Positions 38,393 through 47,106 of a stretch of DNA of 64,000 nt are shown here, one piece after another. Both the position numbers and the translations under genes were made by a program. This DNA comes from Armatimonadota bacterium (GTDB lineage Bacteria; Armatimonadota; UBA5829; DTLH01). The stretch's first letter is position 1, and each line of letters opens with the position of its first letter. The stretch spans positions 128,001 to 192,000 of the forward strand of contig JBBRAE010000002.1 of the NCBI GenBank assembly GCA_038207085.1. The letters are read 5' to 3'. The notes under the pieces were generated by a model. It saw only the letters and a list, made by a program, of their open reading frames with translations, was not told the origin of the DNA and did no database searches.

Positions 38393-39939
38393 TTACTTGC
38401 TCCTTGAGGAGTAGCCGTTTGGCCGTCTACGCCGGGTATATCGACCGCCGGTGTGACCACATCGGACGGATAAGGGAACTTCGGTTCAACAATCTTCGGA
38501 GAAACCGGTGCGAGCGCGGTTACCGGAGGCGCAAGCTTTGCCCCGGAGTTGAGTGACGGGGACGAAGGCGTCCCGGCGATCACCGCGTACTCCGGCTGAT
38601 TCGTCGTCGCTCGCTCGAGGGCGGCAAGCGCGGTCAGATAGTTGTATTTCGCGCTGACAGCGTTGCTTCTTGCCTGGGTGTAGTTGTCTTCAGCCTGGGA
38701 GACCTCCACCTGGGTGCTCACGCCTTCTTGATATCTGACGCCCGCAAGCCGAAGCGCCTCCTGGGCAAGTGCGACGTTTCTCTCGGAAGTTTCCACCCGC
38801 TTGGAGGATTCCATTACGACGTTTGCCGAAGATCGTACCTCCTGCTCGATTCCGAGCGTAGTATTATCGAGCCCGCGGCGGGCGATCTGCGCGTCGTTCC
38901 TGGCCTGTCCGACCCTTGCGCGGGTAGCTCCACTGTTCCAGATTGACCAGTTAACACTTGCGCCGTAGGTAAGAGTTGTATTGTCGCTGCTAAAGCCCGT
39001 GGCTTCATTGGCCCAGTTGGTCTGGGCAAACAGGTCCAGCGTCGGTTTTGTCTCCGTCTGTGCAAAGTTGACAGTGCGATCGGCAAGAGCGATGCTGAGG
39101 CGCGATTGCTCGACCTCAGGCCTTGATGCAAGTGCCCGGGCGATACTTGCGACGACGTCCACCGTCACCGCAGTGGTTGTCGCCGGCTGGTCGACCAGCG
39201 TAAACGGGCGAGTAACCTCGATTCCGATTGTTCTGTTCAGCGCTCCCTGGGCAATTTCCAGCACGCTCAGAGCGCCGATGAGCGTCTGCTGTCGGTTGGC
39301 GACATCGACCTCGGCGCTGGTTACGTCAAAGCGCGGAGATGCTCCGGCATCAAACAGCGCGCGGGCGATACGAAGCCGCTCCTCATTAACCGTAAGCGAC
39401 GACTGGGCGACGTCCACATTGGCCTCTGACCGAAGAACGTCGTAGTAGGCGTTTTTTACATCGACTATAAGCTGACGAAGCGTCTGGGCCTCGTTGTAAC
39501 CCTGAATATCAAGTTGCAGCCCCGCAAGCTCACGCCCAAGCCTGATGCGCCCGCTGATGTCGATCGGCTGTGTGATCTGGGCAGACGCCGACGTCTGGCT
39601 CGCGTTCCCGCCGATCGTCACCGGTCCGTCCGGGCCGGGAAACGTGGTTGAGGACGTGGGCGACGTGCGCGAGTAGCGCCCGTTCAGGTTCACCTGGAAC
39701 CTTCCGGCCGCCCGGGCCTCTTCCACCACGTTTTCTGAGCGAAGCACCCGTTCGCGCGCCGTGGCAAGCCCCGGGCTGTGAACAACTGCCGTCGCGATCG
39801 CATCATCGAGCGTCAACACCTCAGCGGCGGGCTGCGCCGTCGCAGCGGGTGTCTGCTCTGTTGGCGCCGCGGTCTGTCCAAACGTGGGAACCGCGAGCGC
39901 AAGAGCTGCAAATCCTGTTAGCAATACTTTGGTTAACAT
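38389..39939 (-). CDS. TolC-family outer membrane protein
   Basis: Signal peptide; LTLDDAI; duplicated OEP repeats; RYQEG; start uncertain (39951/39945/39939). Confidence 0.9.
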   Translation of the reverse strand: MLTKVLLTGFAALALAVPTFGQTAAPTEQTPAATAQPAAEVLTLDDAIATAVVHSPGLATARERVLRSENVVEEARAAGRFQVNLNGRYSRTSPTSSTTFPGPDGPVTIGGNASQTSASAQITQPIDISGRIRLGRELAGLQLDIQGYNEAQTLRQLIVDVKNAYYDVLRSEANVDVAQSSLTVNEERLRIARALFDAGASPRFDVTSAEVDVANRQQTLIGALSVLEIAQGALNRTIGIEVTRPFTLVDQPATTTAVTVDVVASIARALASRPEVEQSRLSIALADRTVNFAQTETKPTLDLFAQTNWANEATGFSSDNTTLTYGASVNWSIWNSGATRARVGQARNDAQIARRGLDNTTLGIEQEVRSSANVVMESSKRVETSERNVALAQEALRLAGVRYQEGVSTQVEVSQAEDNYTQARSNAVSAKYNYLTALAALERATTNQPEYAVIAGTPSSPSLNSGAKLAPPVTALAPVSPKIVEPKFPYPSDVVTPAVDIPGVDGQTATPQGASK

Positions 39940-39957
39940 CTTCATCTCCACGGATAC

Positions 39958-40641
39958 TTACTTGTTTGCGTTTTTGAAAACGCTGTCGGAAACCCCTTTG
40001 TTGACTGTATATTTTGTGATTTTGACGATAGCCGCGCCTCCGCCGGTCGTCGGCTTGGAATACTTGGCCTTGTGCGGGTCGTAAACCGCACCAGCGACCA
40101 GGCCTGTCATCTCAATAGTTATATCGGCAGGAAGCCAGTATTTCCCATCGACTTTTGTGTAGCCCCAGCGGCTTTTCATGGTCATCCCATCGCCCGAACT
40201 CTCAGTGCCGAGGATCACCCCGCGGCTTTTGTCGACCCACATGCGCACGTTCGAGGGAACCGTCGGGGTCTTGCCGACGAGCTTCAGCACATACACGCTC
40301 TGGCCGAACTTTGTGCCGGTTCCCTCGTAGGCCGCGTCAAAGTTCTCTCTAATCCAAGCCGCCGGGTCACCGGGGATCGCATCGTTTGGGATCATCGTGA
40401 ACCCCTCGCGCGCCACCACTTTGACTCTGTTGGGCCGTTTGAAGTAGATGGTCGCCGAAGAGTCCTTGATATGCATCTGCGGCATATCAATCTTCATTGT
40501 GGCCTCCGCCCGGTAATTCTTTACCGGAGCGAAGCTCTTGTCCATCAGTTTGAGCACGTCAAGCGAGCCAAACTTCGCCGCCTGGGCCGATGTCAGAGCG
40601 ATCATCGACATCAGAGCCGCCGCTCCAAGAGCTCTTCTCAT
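39958..40641 (-). CDS. LolA-like / lipoprotein-sorting periplasmic protein
   Basis: Signal peptide; IYFKRPN, RMWVDK, YWLP..I, VNKGVSDSVF pattern. Confidence 0.65.
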   Translation of the reverse strand: MRRALGAAALMSMIALTSAQAAKFGSLDVLKLMDKSFAPVKNYRAEATMKIDMPQMHIKDSSATIYFKRPNRVKVVAREGFTMIPNDAIPGDPAAWIRENFDAAYEGTGTKFGQSVYVLKLVGKTPTVPSNVRMWVDKSRGVILGTESSGDGMTMKSRWGYTKVDGKYWLPADITIEMTGLVAGAVYDPHKAKYSKPTTGGGAAIVKITKYTVNKGVSDSVFKNANK

Positions 40642-41480
40642 GAAAGAATGTCCTTTCTTTTAAAAACCACGAGCCCGGCGGTGAAAAACACCGCCACATA
40701 GGCAAAAAGCACACCAAGCGCCTTTGTGACCTCGCCGCGCGGGACGGGGTCGACAAAGATCAGGTTCCAAGAGTCAAAATAAGTCGTAAACAGATAGGGA
40801 TGCACCGGCCTGAAGTAATCGATGATCCCCACAATATTAAAAAGTATCATCACCGCGATCGCCCCGCCGATAGCCGAAAGCGAGCTGGTCGTCCAAGACG
40901 ATATGAAAAACGCGATCGTCGCGACCGACATCACCCCGACCGCCGCGAACCCGTAAGCCACCGCAAGCCGCACGAGCCCTTCGGACTCGGAGTAGCCGTA
41001 AACCCCTCCCGCGCCAAGGAGCGTCCCTTCCTGAAACGTCAAAAGCGAGCCATGCCCAAGAAACGCCGAGCCAAGCGCGTAGGCCGCAAGCCCCAGGAAA
41101 TACGTTAGCGCGACCGAGTAGGCCAATGCTACTAGAAACTTCGACAAATACAGCCGACCACGCCTGACCGGCCTCGAAAGCATCGTCCGAAGCGTCCCAT
41201 CGTTTGCTTCGCCGCTGATCAAGTCGCCGGTGACGACGCATGCGAACAGCGGCAGAAAAAACGTCATCGCAAGCCGCAGCTGAAACCACGCGAGAAACCC
41301 GCCGTTTACGTAGCTCCCGGCCGATGTGAACATCCCCGGCACGCTCGCCCCAAAGGGCGGAGGCCCCATCTTGAGCCCAATTACCATTAGCCCCGCCATG
41401 CCAAGAAGCGCTGCGGGCCCGATGTAGCTTCGACCCCGGTGGGTCAGTTTGAACGCTTCAAGCCTGAGCTGTCTTATCAT
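40638..41480 (-). CDS. ABC-2 type transporter permease
   Basis: About six TM helices; ISGEANDGTLRTML.RPV.R motif; C-terminal FKRKDI. Confidence 0.88.
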   Translation of the reverse strand: MIRQLRLEAFKLTHRGRSYIGPAALLGMAGLMVIGLKMGPPPFGASVPGMFTSAGSYVNGGFLAWFQLRLAMTFFLPLFACVVTGDLISGEANDGTLRTMLSRPVRRGRLYLSKFLVALAYSVALTYFLGLAAYALGSAFLGHGSLLTFQEGTLLGAGGVYGYSESEGLVRLAVAYGFAAVGVMSVATIAFFISSWTTSSLSAIGGAIAVMILFNIVGIIDYFRPVHPYLFTTYFDSWNLIFVDPVPRGEVTKALGVLFAYVAVFFTAGLVVFKRKDILS

Positions 41481-42384
41481 CCCGACTCCCCACCAATGAA
41501 AAATAGTAGTCCTCAAGGGTCATCCCCTGAGGAGAAAGCGCGCTCACCCGGAAGCCTTGCCCCACAAGAAACGTGTTTACGTCAGCCGCGTGGCCGTCGC
41601 CGGTCTCGACAAGCAGGTCTTCGCCCTCAACCCTGCACGAGCTTACGATGTCGAGCGTCCGAAGCGCGCTCCATGCCTCGGCAGGCCTGTCTACCGAGAC
41701 CTTCAGCTTGCCGCGTCCCGACAGAAGCTCGCTCACCGCGCCGTAGGCAAGCCGCCTGCCCTTGTGGACGACGGCGACCTTGCTGCAGATCAGTTCGACC
41801 TCGTTTAGCAGGTGGCTTGAGAGAAGCACCGTTATGCCGTGGTCCGCCGAAAGGCTCTTGATAAGCTCCCGCACTTCGCGCATCCCTTCGGGGTCGAGCC
41901 CCGTCGTCGGCTCGTCGAGTATCACGAGATCCGGGTTTGAGACAATCGTCCCAGCTATCCCCAGGCGCTGTTTCATGCCGTGGGAGAAGCCCTTGACCTT
42001 GTCATGTGCCCGGCTCCCGAGCCCGACCTTGTCAAGCGCCGCGTCGATCGCCCTCGGGCTCACCCCACCGGCAAGCTCGGCCATCATCCAAAGGTTCTGC
42101 CTTGCCGTGAGATATAGATAAAGCCCCGGGTTTTCTACAAGCGCGCCGACTTTGGATAGCGCGCGCACCCGGTCCCGCCAAACGTCTCGGCCAAACACCC
42201 GCACGGTGCCCCCGGTCGGACGCACAAGCCCGACAATCGCGCGCAAGGTCGTGCTTTTGCCCGCGCCATTTGGCCCGAGAAACCCGAACACATCCCCGCG
42301 CTCGACCGAAAGATCGAGCCCGTCCACCGCCCGCAGTCGCCCGTAATCTTTTCGCAGCCCCGCTGCTTCAACTATGACTTCCAC
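41458..42384 (-). CDS. ABC transporter ATP-binding protein
   Basis: GPNGAGKS, FSHGMKQR, ILDEPT, SSH. Confidence 0.95.
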   Translation of the reverse strand: MEVIVEAAGLRKDYGRLRAVDGLDLSVERGDVFGFLGPNGAGKSTTLRAIVGLVRPTGGTVRVFGRDVWRDRVRALSKVGALVENPGLYLYLTARQNLWMMAELAGGVSPRAIDAALDKVGLGSRAHDKVKGFSHGMKQRLGIAGTIVSNPDLVILDEPTTGLDPEGMREVRELIKSLSADHGITVLLSSHLLNEVELICSKVAVVHKGRRLAYGAVSELLSGRGKLKVSVDRPAEAWSALRTLDIVSSCRVEGEDLLVETGDGHAADVNTFLVGQGFRVSALSPQGMTLEDYYFSLVGSRDDKTAQA

Positions 42385-42404
42385 AGTCGCCCCCGCTGGT
42401 CTAC

Positions 42405-42680
42405 TTATTTGGACTTGTTGCCGTTCCCGTTTGGATCTTCCAGGGTGTTTTCCACACCTCGAAGCCCCTCAAGGAACCCGGAAAGGAACTCCCGCATGGA
42501 GTCGATCTTGACCAGCACAACCCCCTCTGAAAAGGGATGGCCCATGACAAGAAGCTTGTCCCCTGCGCTTATGCCCATCCGTTTGCGTGCCTCAGCTGGG
42601 ATAACTACCTGTCCGCGCTCTCCGACCGTAACCGCTCCGAAAAACTGTTCTTCCAGCGAGCATTTCTTGTCTGTATTCAT
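42405..42680 (-). CDS. AbrB/MazE/SpoVT family DNA-binding regulator
   Basis: TVGERGQVVIPAEARKRMGISAGDKL; GAGGTG RBS. Confidence 0.9.
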   Translation of the reverse strand: MNTDKKCSLEEQFFGAVTVGERGQVVIPAEARKRMGISAGDKLLVMGHPFSEGVVLVKIDSMREFLSGFLEGLRGVENTLEDPNGNGNKSK

Positions 42681-42744
42681 CGGCTCGATCACCTCTTTCT
42701 TACATCTGTGTTATATCATACAAATCATACACTGCGTACAATGC

Positions 42745-42773
42745 ATGATATTCCACACGACACAGCGTGTCAA
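42745..42773 (-). promoter_or_regulatory. Sigma70 promoter of the AbrB-ABC-RND operon
   Basis: TTGACA-N17-TATCAT; two GTATGAT direct repeats downstream (possible operator). Confidence 0.7.
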
Positions 42774-42913
42774 GGGGCGAAACTTATATTATCATTAAGA
42801 ATGCTCATTCGGCAGCATCGGGAGATTGTACCGTCGCTGCGGGAACTTCATGGTACTAGGCCCGTAGTTGGGGCTAATGGAAACGTTCCCGCAGTATACA
42901 ACGCTGTCGGCGA

Positions 42914-42938
42914 GGCGGGCACGGCGACCCGCCACTAC
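42914..42938 (-). repeat. GTAG-type REP
   Basis: Minus strand GTAG-t-GGCGGG-tcgccgtg-CCCGCC. Confidence 0.5.
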
Positions 42939-43026
42939 AGGGAATTGTTCTACAATGGTATAATGGGAGTCGTAACCCGGGAGGAAGGTGCGTTTGCGCT
43001 TCCTCCTTGTTTTGTATATAAGCCAA

Positions 43027-44883
43027 ATGTCAGACTTTATCTCACACAGCATTGTAAATATACTGGACGAACATACCGCAAACCGCATCGCCGCAGGCGA
43101 GGTGATTGAGCGGCCGGCTTCGGTCGTCAAGGAGCTGGTCGAAAACTCGATCGACGCCCACGCGAGCGTTGTGCGCGTCAACCTCGAAGACGGGGGCAAG
43201 GAGCTTATCCAGATCATCGACAACGGGGTCGGGATGAGCCGGGAGGACGCCGTCGTCGCGCTGCAGAGGCATGCGACTTCGAAGATCAGCTCGGCGGATG
43301 ATCTTTTTGCTATCCAAACGCTGGGGTTTCGGGGGGAGGCGCTGCCGTCGATCGCGTCGGTCTCGATGATGGAGATCGTCTCCAAGCACAAGAACGACCC
43401 CGCAGCGACCAGGCTTGAAGTAGAGGCGGGGACTATCCGCAACCTGGAGTCGGTCGGCGCGCCCGAGGGGACGACTATGTCCGTGCGCCGTCTATTCTTC
43501 AACACCCCCGCGCGCCTCAAGTTTATGCGAAGCGCGCAGACCGAGCTTGGGCATATCACCGAGCTTGTTGGCCGCCTCGCGCTCTCCTACCCAGGTGTCA
43601 GCTTCAGGCTGAACCACGGCGAGCGGGAGGTGTTGTCCGTCACCGGCACAGGGGACGTGCTAGGCGCGGCGGCGAGCGTTTACGGTCGCGATGTGGCAAA
43701 ACAACTGATCCCGGTGGGATATGACTCCCCGGCGATCAAGGTGACGGGGTACGTGTCGCGTCCCTCGTTTACCCGTGCCAACCGGGGCCACCAGGTGTTC
43801 TTTGTAAATGGCCGCTGCATCAAGAACCGGACGATGAACCACGCCGCCGACCACGCCTACCGCGACTTTATCCTCCAGCCCGGGCGCTACCCCGTCTTGA
43901 TAATATTTGTCGAGATGGACCCGATGCTGGTTGATGTAAACGTTCACCCTACCAAGGCAGAGGTCAAGTTCTCAAGCGATCAGGAGATACACCACGTCGT
44001 CCACAAGGCGGTCCGTGAGGCGCTGCTCTCCGGCGGGGCGGTGCCGACGCTTACTGAGGCGCGGACGGCGCGCGGGCCTGTCCCAAGCGAGCCAAGGGCC
44101 TTTGCGTCGCCGCAGGTGCAGCTGATACCCCGGCCTGATGAGTCCGATGTGCAGGCGTTTCGCGAGGCGGTCCAGAGGCGGGTTGAGACGGTAGGTGACC
44201 CGTTTGACTGGTCTGCGGTGAGGACGACTGCTCCCTCGGCAATGCCCGAAGAGACTCAGGTGCAGACCGAAACGCTCGAGCCTGCGTCGCCTGTGCGTTT
44301 GAGAAATGTGCGGGTGATCGGGCAGGCGCGCAATATGTATATATTGGCCGAAAGCGACGACGGCCTACTTATCATCGATCAGCACGTCGCCCACGAGCGG
44401 GTGCTCTACGAACAGCTCAAACGCACCCGCCACGAGGGGCAGGCGATGATGCAGGGGCTGGTGATCCCGATCAACCTTGAGCTCTCACGCCGGGAGGCGA
44501 TTGTGGTTACCGAGCGGATCGAGGACCTGCGCGGAATCGGCTTTGAGATCGAGCCCTTCGGCAAGGACGCGTTTGTAGTGCGTGCCACTCCGGCGGACGT
44601 GAAGGCCAAACACGCCGAGCCGCTGTTGCGCGACATCATCGCCGAGCTTGTCGACGTTTCGATCACCAAACACATCCTCGTTCGCCCGGAGCAGGTGCTG
44701 ATTACCACCTCATGCAAGATGGCAGTCAAGGCGGGCGACCCGCTCTCTATGCCGGAGATGAGCGACCTTGTCAGACAGCTTCAGGCGACGGAGAACCCCT
44801 TTGTCTGCCCGCACGGGCGTCCGATTATTATCAGCCTGACGAGCTTTGAGCTGGACCGTAAGTTCAAACGTCCTACGGTTTGA
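43027..44883 (+). CDS. mutL: DNA mismatch repair endonuclease MutL
   Basis: IAAGEVIERPASVVKELVENSIDA, GFRGEAL, DQHVAHER, CPHGRP. Confidence 0.98.
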   Translation: MSDFISHSIVNILDEHTANRIAAGEVIERPASVVKELVENSIDAHASVVRVNLEDGGKELIQIIDNGVGMSREDAVVALQRHATSKISSADDLFAIQTLGFRGEALPSIASVSMMEIVSKHKNDPAATRLEVEAGTIRNLESVGAPEGTTMSVRRLFFNTPARLKFMRSAQTELGHITELVGRLALSYPGVSFRLNHGEREVLSVTGTGDVLGAAASVYGRDVAKQLIPVGYDSPAIKVTGYVSRPSFTRANRGHQVFFVNGRCIKNRTMNHAADHAYRDFILQPGRYPVLIIFVEMDPMLVDVNVHPTKAEVKFSSDQEIHHVVHKAVREALLSGGAVPTLTEARTARGPVPSEPRAFASPQVQLIPRPDESDVQAFREAVQRRVETVGDPFDWSAVRTTAPSAMPEETQVQTETLEPASPVRLRNVRVIGQARNMYILAESDDGLLIIDQHVAHERVLYEQLKRTRHEGQAMMQGLVIPINLELSRREAIVVTERIEDLRGIGFEIEPFGKDAFVVRATPADVKAKHAEPLLRDIIAELVDVSITKHILVRPEQVLITTSCKMAVKAGDPLSMPEMSDLVRQLQATENPFVCPHGRPIIISLTSFELDRKFKRPTV

Positions 44884-47008
44884 TTGTCCTCGCGCCTTTG
44901 AACATACCGGCGCCATCTGGGTGCTGGTAGCCGACTATTGCGTCTTCCGCGCCGGGGGCGAGGTCGGCGTGGATGGTCCATTGTGCCTCTTCGCCAGGGT
45001 TTAGACTGTAGGCGAACTGATCCCCTTCTTTGAACGTGACAGCTCCCATTGGCGCGGCCCACAAAAGTATCTTGCCCGTGGCGGGGGCGTCTCCCAGGTT
45101 TTTGACCGAAAGACGGAGCGCGCCGGGATCATCCAGGGGCTCAAGGCGGGTTCGGGTCGTCACTATGCTTGGGGTAACACCCGTCCTTCCCGCATGCGAG
45201 AGGTCAAGCGGGGCGATGCCGAGGCTCTGGGCGGGTGAGTCGGGGGCGAACTCGACCTTCCACCTGCCCGAGATGGTGAGCTTTGGGTCGGCGACTACTG
45301 AGCCGTCGGTGATCTCCATTGGGACCGATGGGTTGATTCCCCAGTCGCCGCCGTAGGAGACCTCGCCCCCCTCTGTGTAGAAGACGTTTCGGGGCATGTG
45401 GCCGATAAAGCCTACAGGGCCGTTTAGCAGGATTCCTCCACGCGCAGAGAACACGTTTCGCTCAAGAGTGAAGCCCTCGCACCTTATAAAGCTCAGGCGG
45501 GTGGGCTCTTCGTCGATGAAGACGTTTTCCCGGAGCATGTTGCCGCGCGACATGTGGTTGTGGGTCGGCCAGCCGGTGTTCAGGGCGAGATTGCGCTCAA
45601 CTACGCCTCTCTCGGTCTGCTCGTCCAGGTAATAGGCGTGGGCGACCCCGCCGCTTGTGCCGACTGTCACGTTTTCGCGGATCGTGACGCCCTTTCCAAA
45701 TATGCTGTATATCGCCGCGCCGTCGTCAAGGACGGTCATGATGTTGTAAAAGAGATTGGCCTCCATGACTGACTCTGATGATCCGCCGCCGATTGCGGTG
45801 TAGGTGATGTCGTGGAGCTCGTTGTGCCGGATGTTAAACCCCTGGCCGCCGATGTATATCCCCTCGCCGCTTGGGTAGGTGACGCCGATGTGGTGGATGT
45901 GGTTTTCTTCGACGAGCGCGCCGTCGGTTCGCAACAGGTAGACGCCGCCCGCGCCGGTGTTGGAGACCTCGCAGCCGCGGATGGTGATATCCCTCGATCG
46001 CAGGAACTTGACCCCCTGGCCTCCTACTCCAGTGATCGAGAGGTTCTCAATCAGGCAGGAGCTAACGTGTTGAGCCGAAATCGCGCCGCTGAAGCGTGCG
46101 GCGGCAAAGTCTCCGGCCTCCAAGGGGGTAGTCGTTGCGGTGAGGGTCAGACCGCGCAGCGTTATGTTTTCGATGGGCCGCGACTTCTCGCCCCGGAGCT
46201 CTATGATCGACTCGCTTGTCGGGGTGATTACCTCGACCGACTCCATGTTCTCGCCCGGGAGGGGGCGGTAGCAGAGCACGCCTGCAGTCCGGTCCAGACA
46301 CCACTGGCCGGGCCTGGTGAGCCCCGCGCGGATGTTCCAGACTACGTAACACTGGGCCTTGGGGTTGTCCGCGGTGAGAAACGAGCCAGCGGGGTGGCCT
46401 GCGAGGCTCGAGAAGTGTACGGTGTGGGTGTCTTGGTCTATTGAGGCGACCCCGACGACCGATTCGTCCCATTGGTGGTGGATCGTGATCTCTGCGCTTG
46501 TGATGTCCGGCCATAGGGCGAGGTCACCGGGGCGATATATGAGCTCGGAGAGCTCCTGCTCGGTCGGTTTTCGCTCCCAGCCGCCGTCTGTGGAGCTGAG
46601 CCAGGTGACGTCAAAGTGCGAGAGGTGCCGAAGTGCGCCGGTTTCGGGGTAGCGGGAGCGGGTGCGAAGCGAACCGTTGACCAGGAGGTGACGGAAGTCC
46701 CACTTTCTCGCTGCTACCTCGGGAAGCTCGACTTGCCAGACTCCGTCCTCACACTCTTTCCAGCCAGTGACCATCCTTCCGCCTGCGAGAATGACCTCTT
46801 CACCCGCCGCAGCCTCGATCGTGAGCCCTGAGTCCTCGGGGGTGAGCAGGGCGGAGGTGTTGAAGTATTTCCCGGCGCGGATGACGGTCTTTTTCTCACC
46901 CGCTGAAGCTCTTGCGGCTTCGATCGCTTTCTGGAGGGTGGCAAAGGGCTTCTGCTCGGTCCCGGCGTGCTCGTCGTGTCCGAACGGTGAAACGTAGAAA
47001 TCTGACAT
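44873..47008 (-). CDS. Right-handed parallel beta-helix protein (GH141-like)
   Basis: YVSPFG.D...GT...PFATL N-terminus; DDGAAIY and YLDE motifs; repeated N.I beta-helix turns. Confidence 0.75.
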   Translation of the reverse strand: MSDFYVSPFGHDEHAGTEQKPFATLQKAIEAARASAGEKKTVIRAGKYFNTSALLTPEDSGLTIEAAAGEEVILAGGRMVTGWKECEDGVWQVELPEVAARKWDFRHLLVNGSLRTRSRYPETGALRHLSHFDVTWLSSTDGGWERKPTEQELSELIYRPGDLALWPDITSAEITIHHQWDESVVGVASIDQDTHTVHFSSLAGHPAGSFLTADNPKAQCYVVWNIRAGLTRPGQWCLDRTAGVLCYRPLPGENMESVEVITPTSESIIELRGEKSRPIENITLRGLTLTATTTPLEAGDFAAARFSGAISAQHVSSCLIENLSITGVGGQGVKFLRSRDITIRGCEVSNTGAGGVYLLRTDGALVEENHIHHIGVTYPSGEGIYIGGQGFNIRHNELHDITYTAIGGGSSESVMEANLFYNIMTVLDDGAAIYSIFGKGVTIRENVTVGTSGGVAHAYYLDEQTERGVVERNLALNTGWPTHNHMSRGNMLRENVFIDEEPTRLSFIRCEGFTLERNVFSARGGILLNGPVGFIGHMPRNVFYTEGGEVSYGGDWGINPSVPMEITDGSVVADPKLTISGRWKVEFAPDSPAQSLGIAPLDLSHAGRTGVTPSIVTTRTRLEPLDDPGALRLSVKNLGDAPATGKILLWAAPMGAVTFKEGDQFAYSLNPGEEAQWTIHADLAPGAEDAIVGYQHPDGAGMFKGARTIKP

Positions 47009-47106
47009 GACAGAAAACCTCTTGACTGGGTGCGAAAATGGTGGGGAAGCGCAAGTCTCCCGGCATAGGGTTAACGAGATATCAGGCGAATTCCTTCATT
47101 GCTAAT

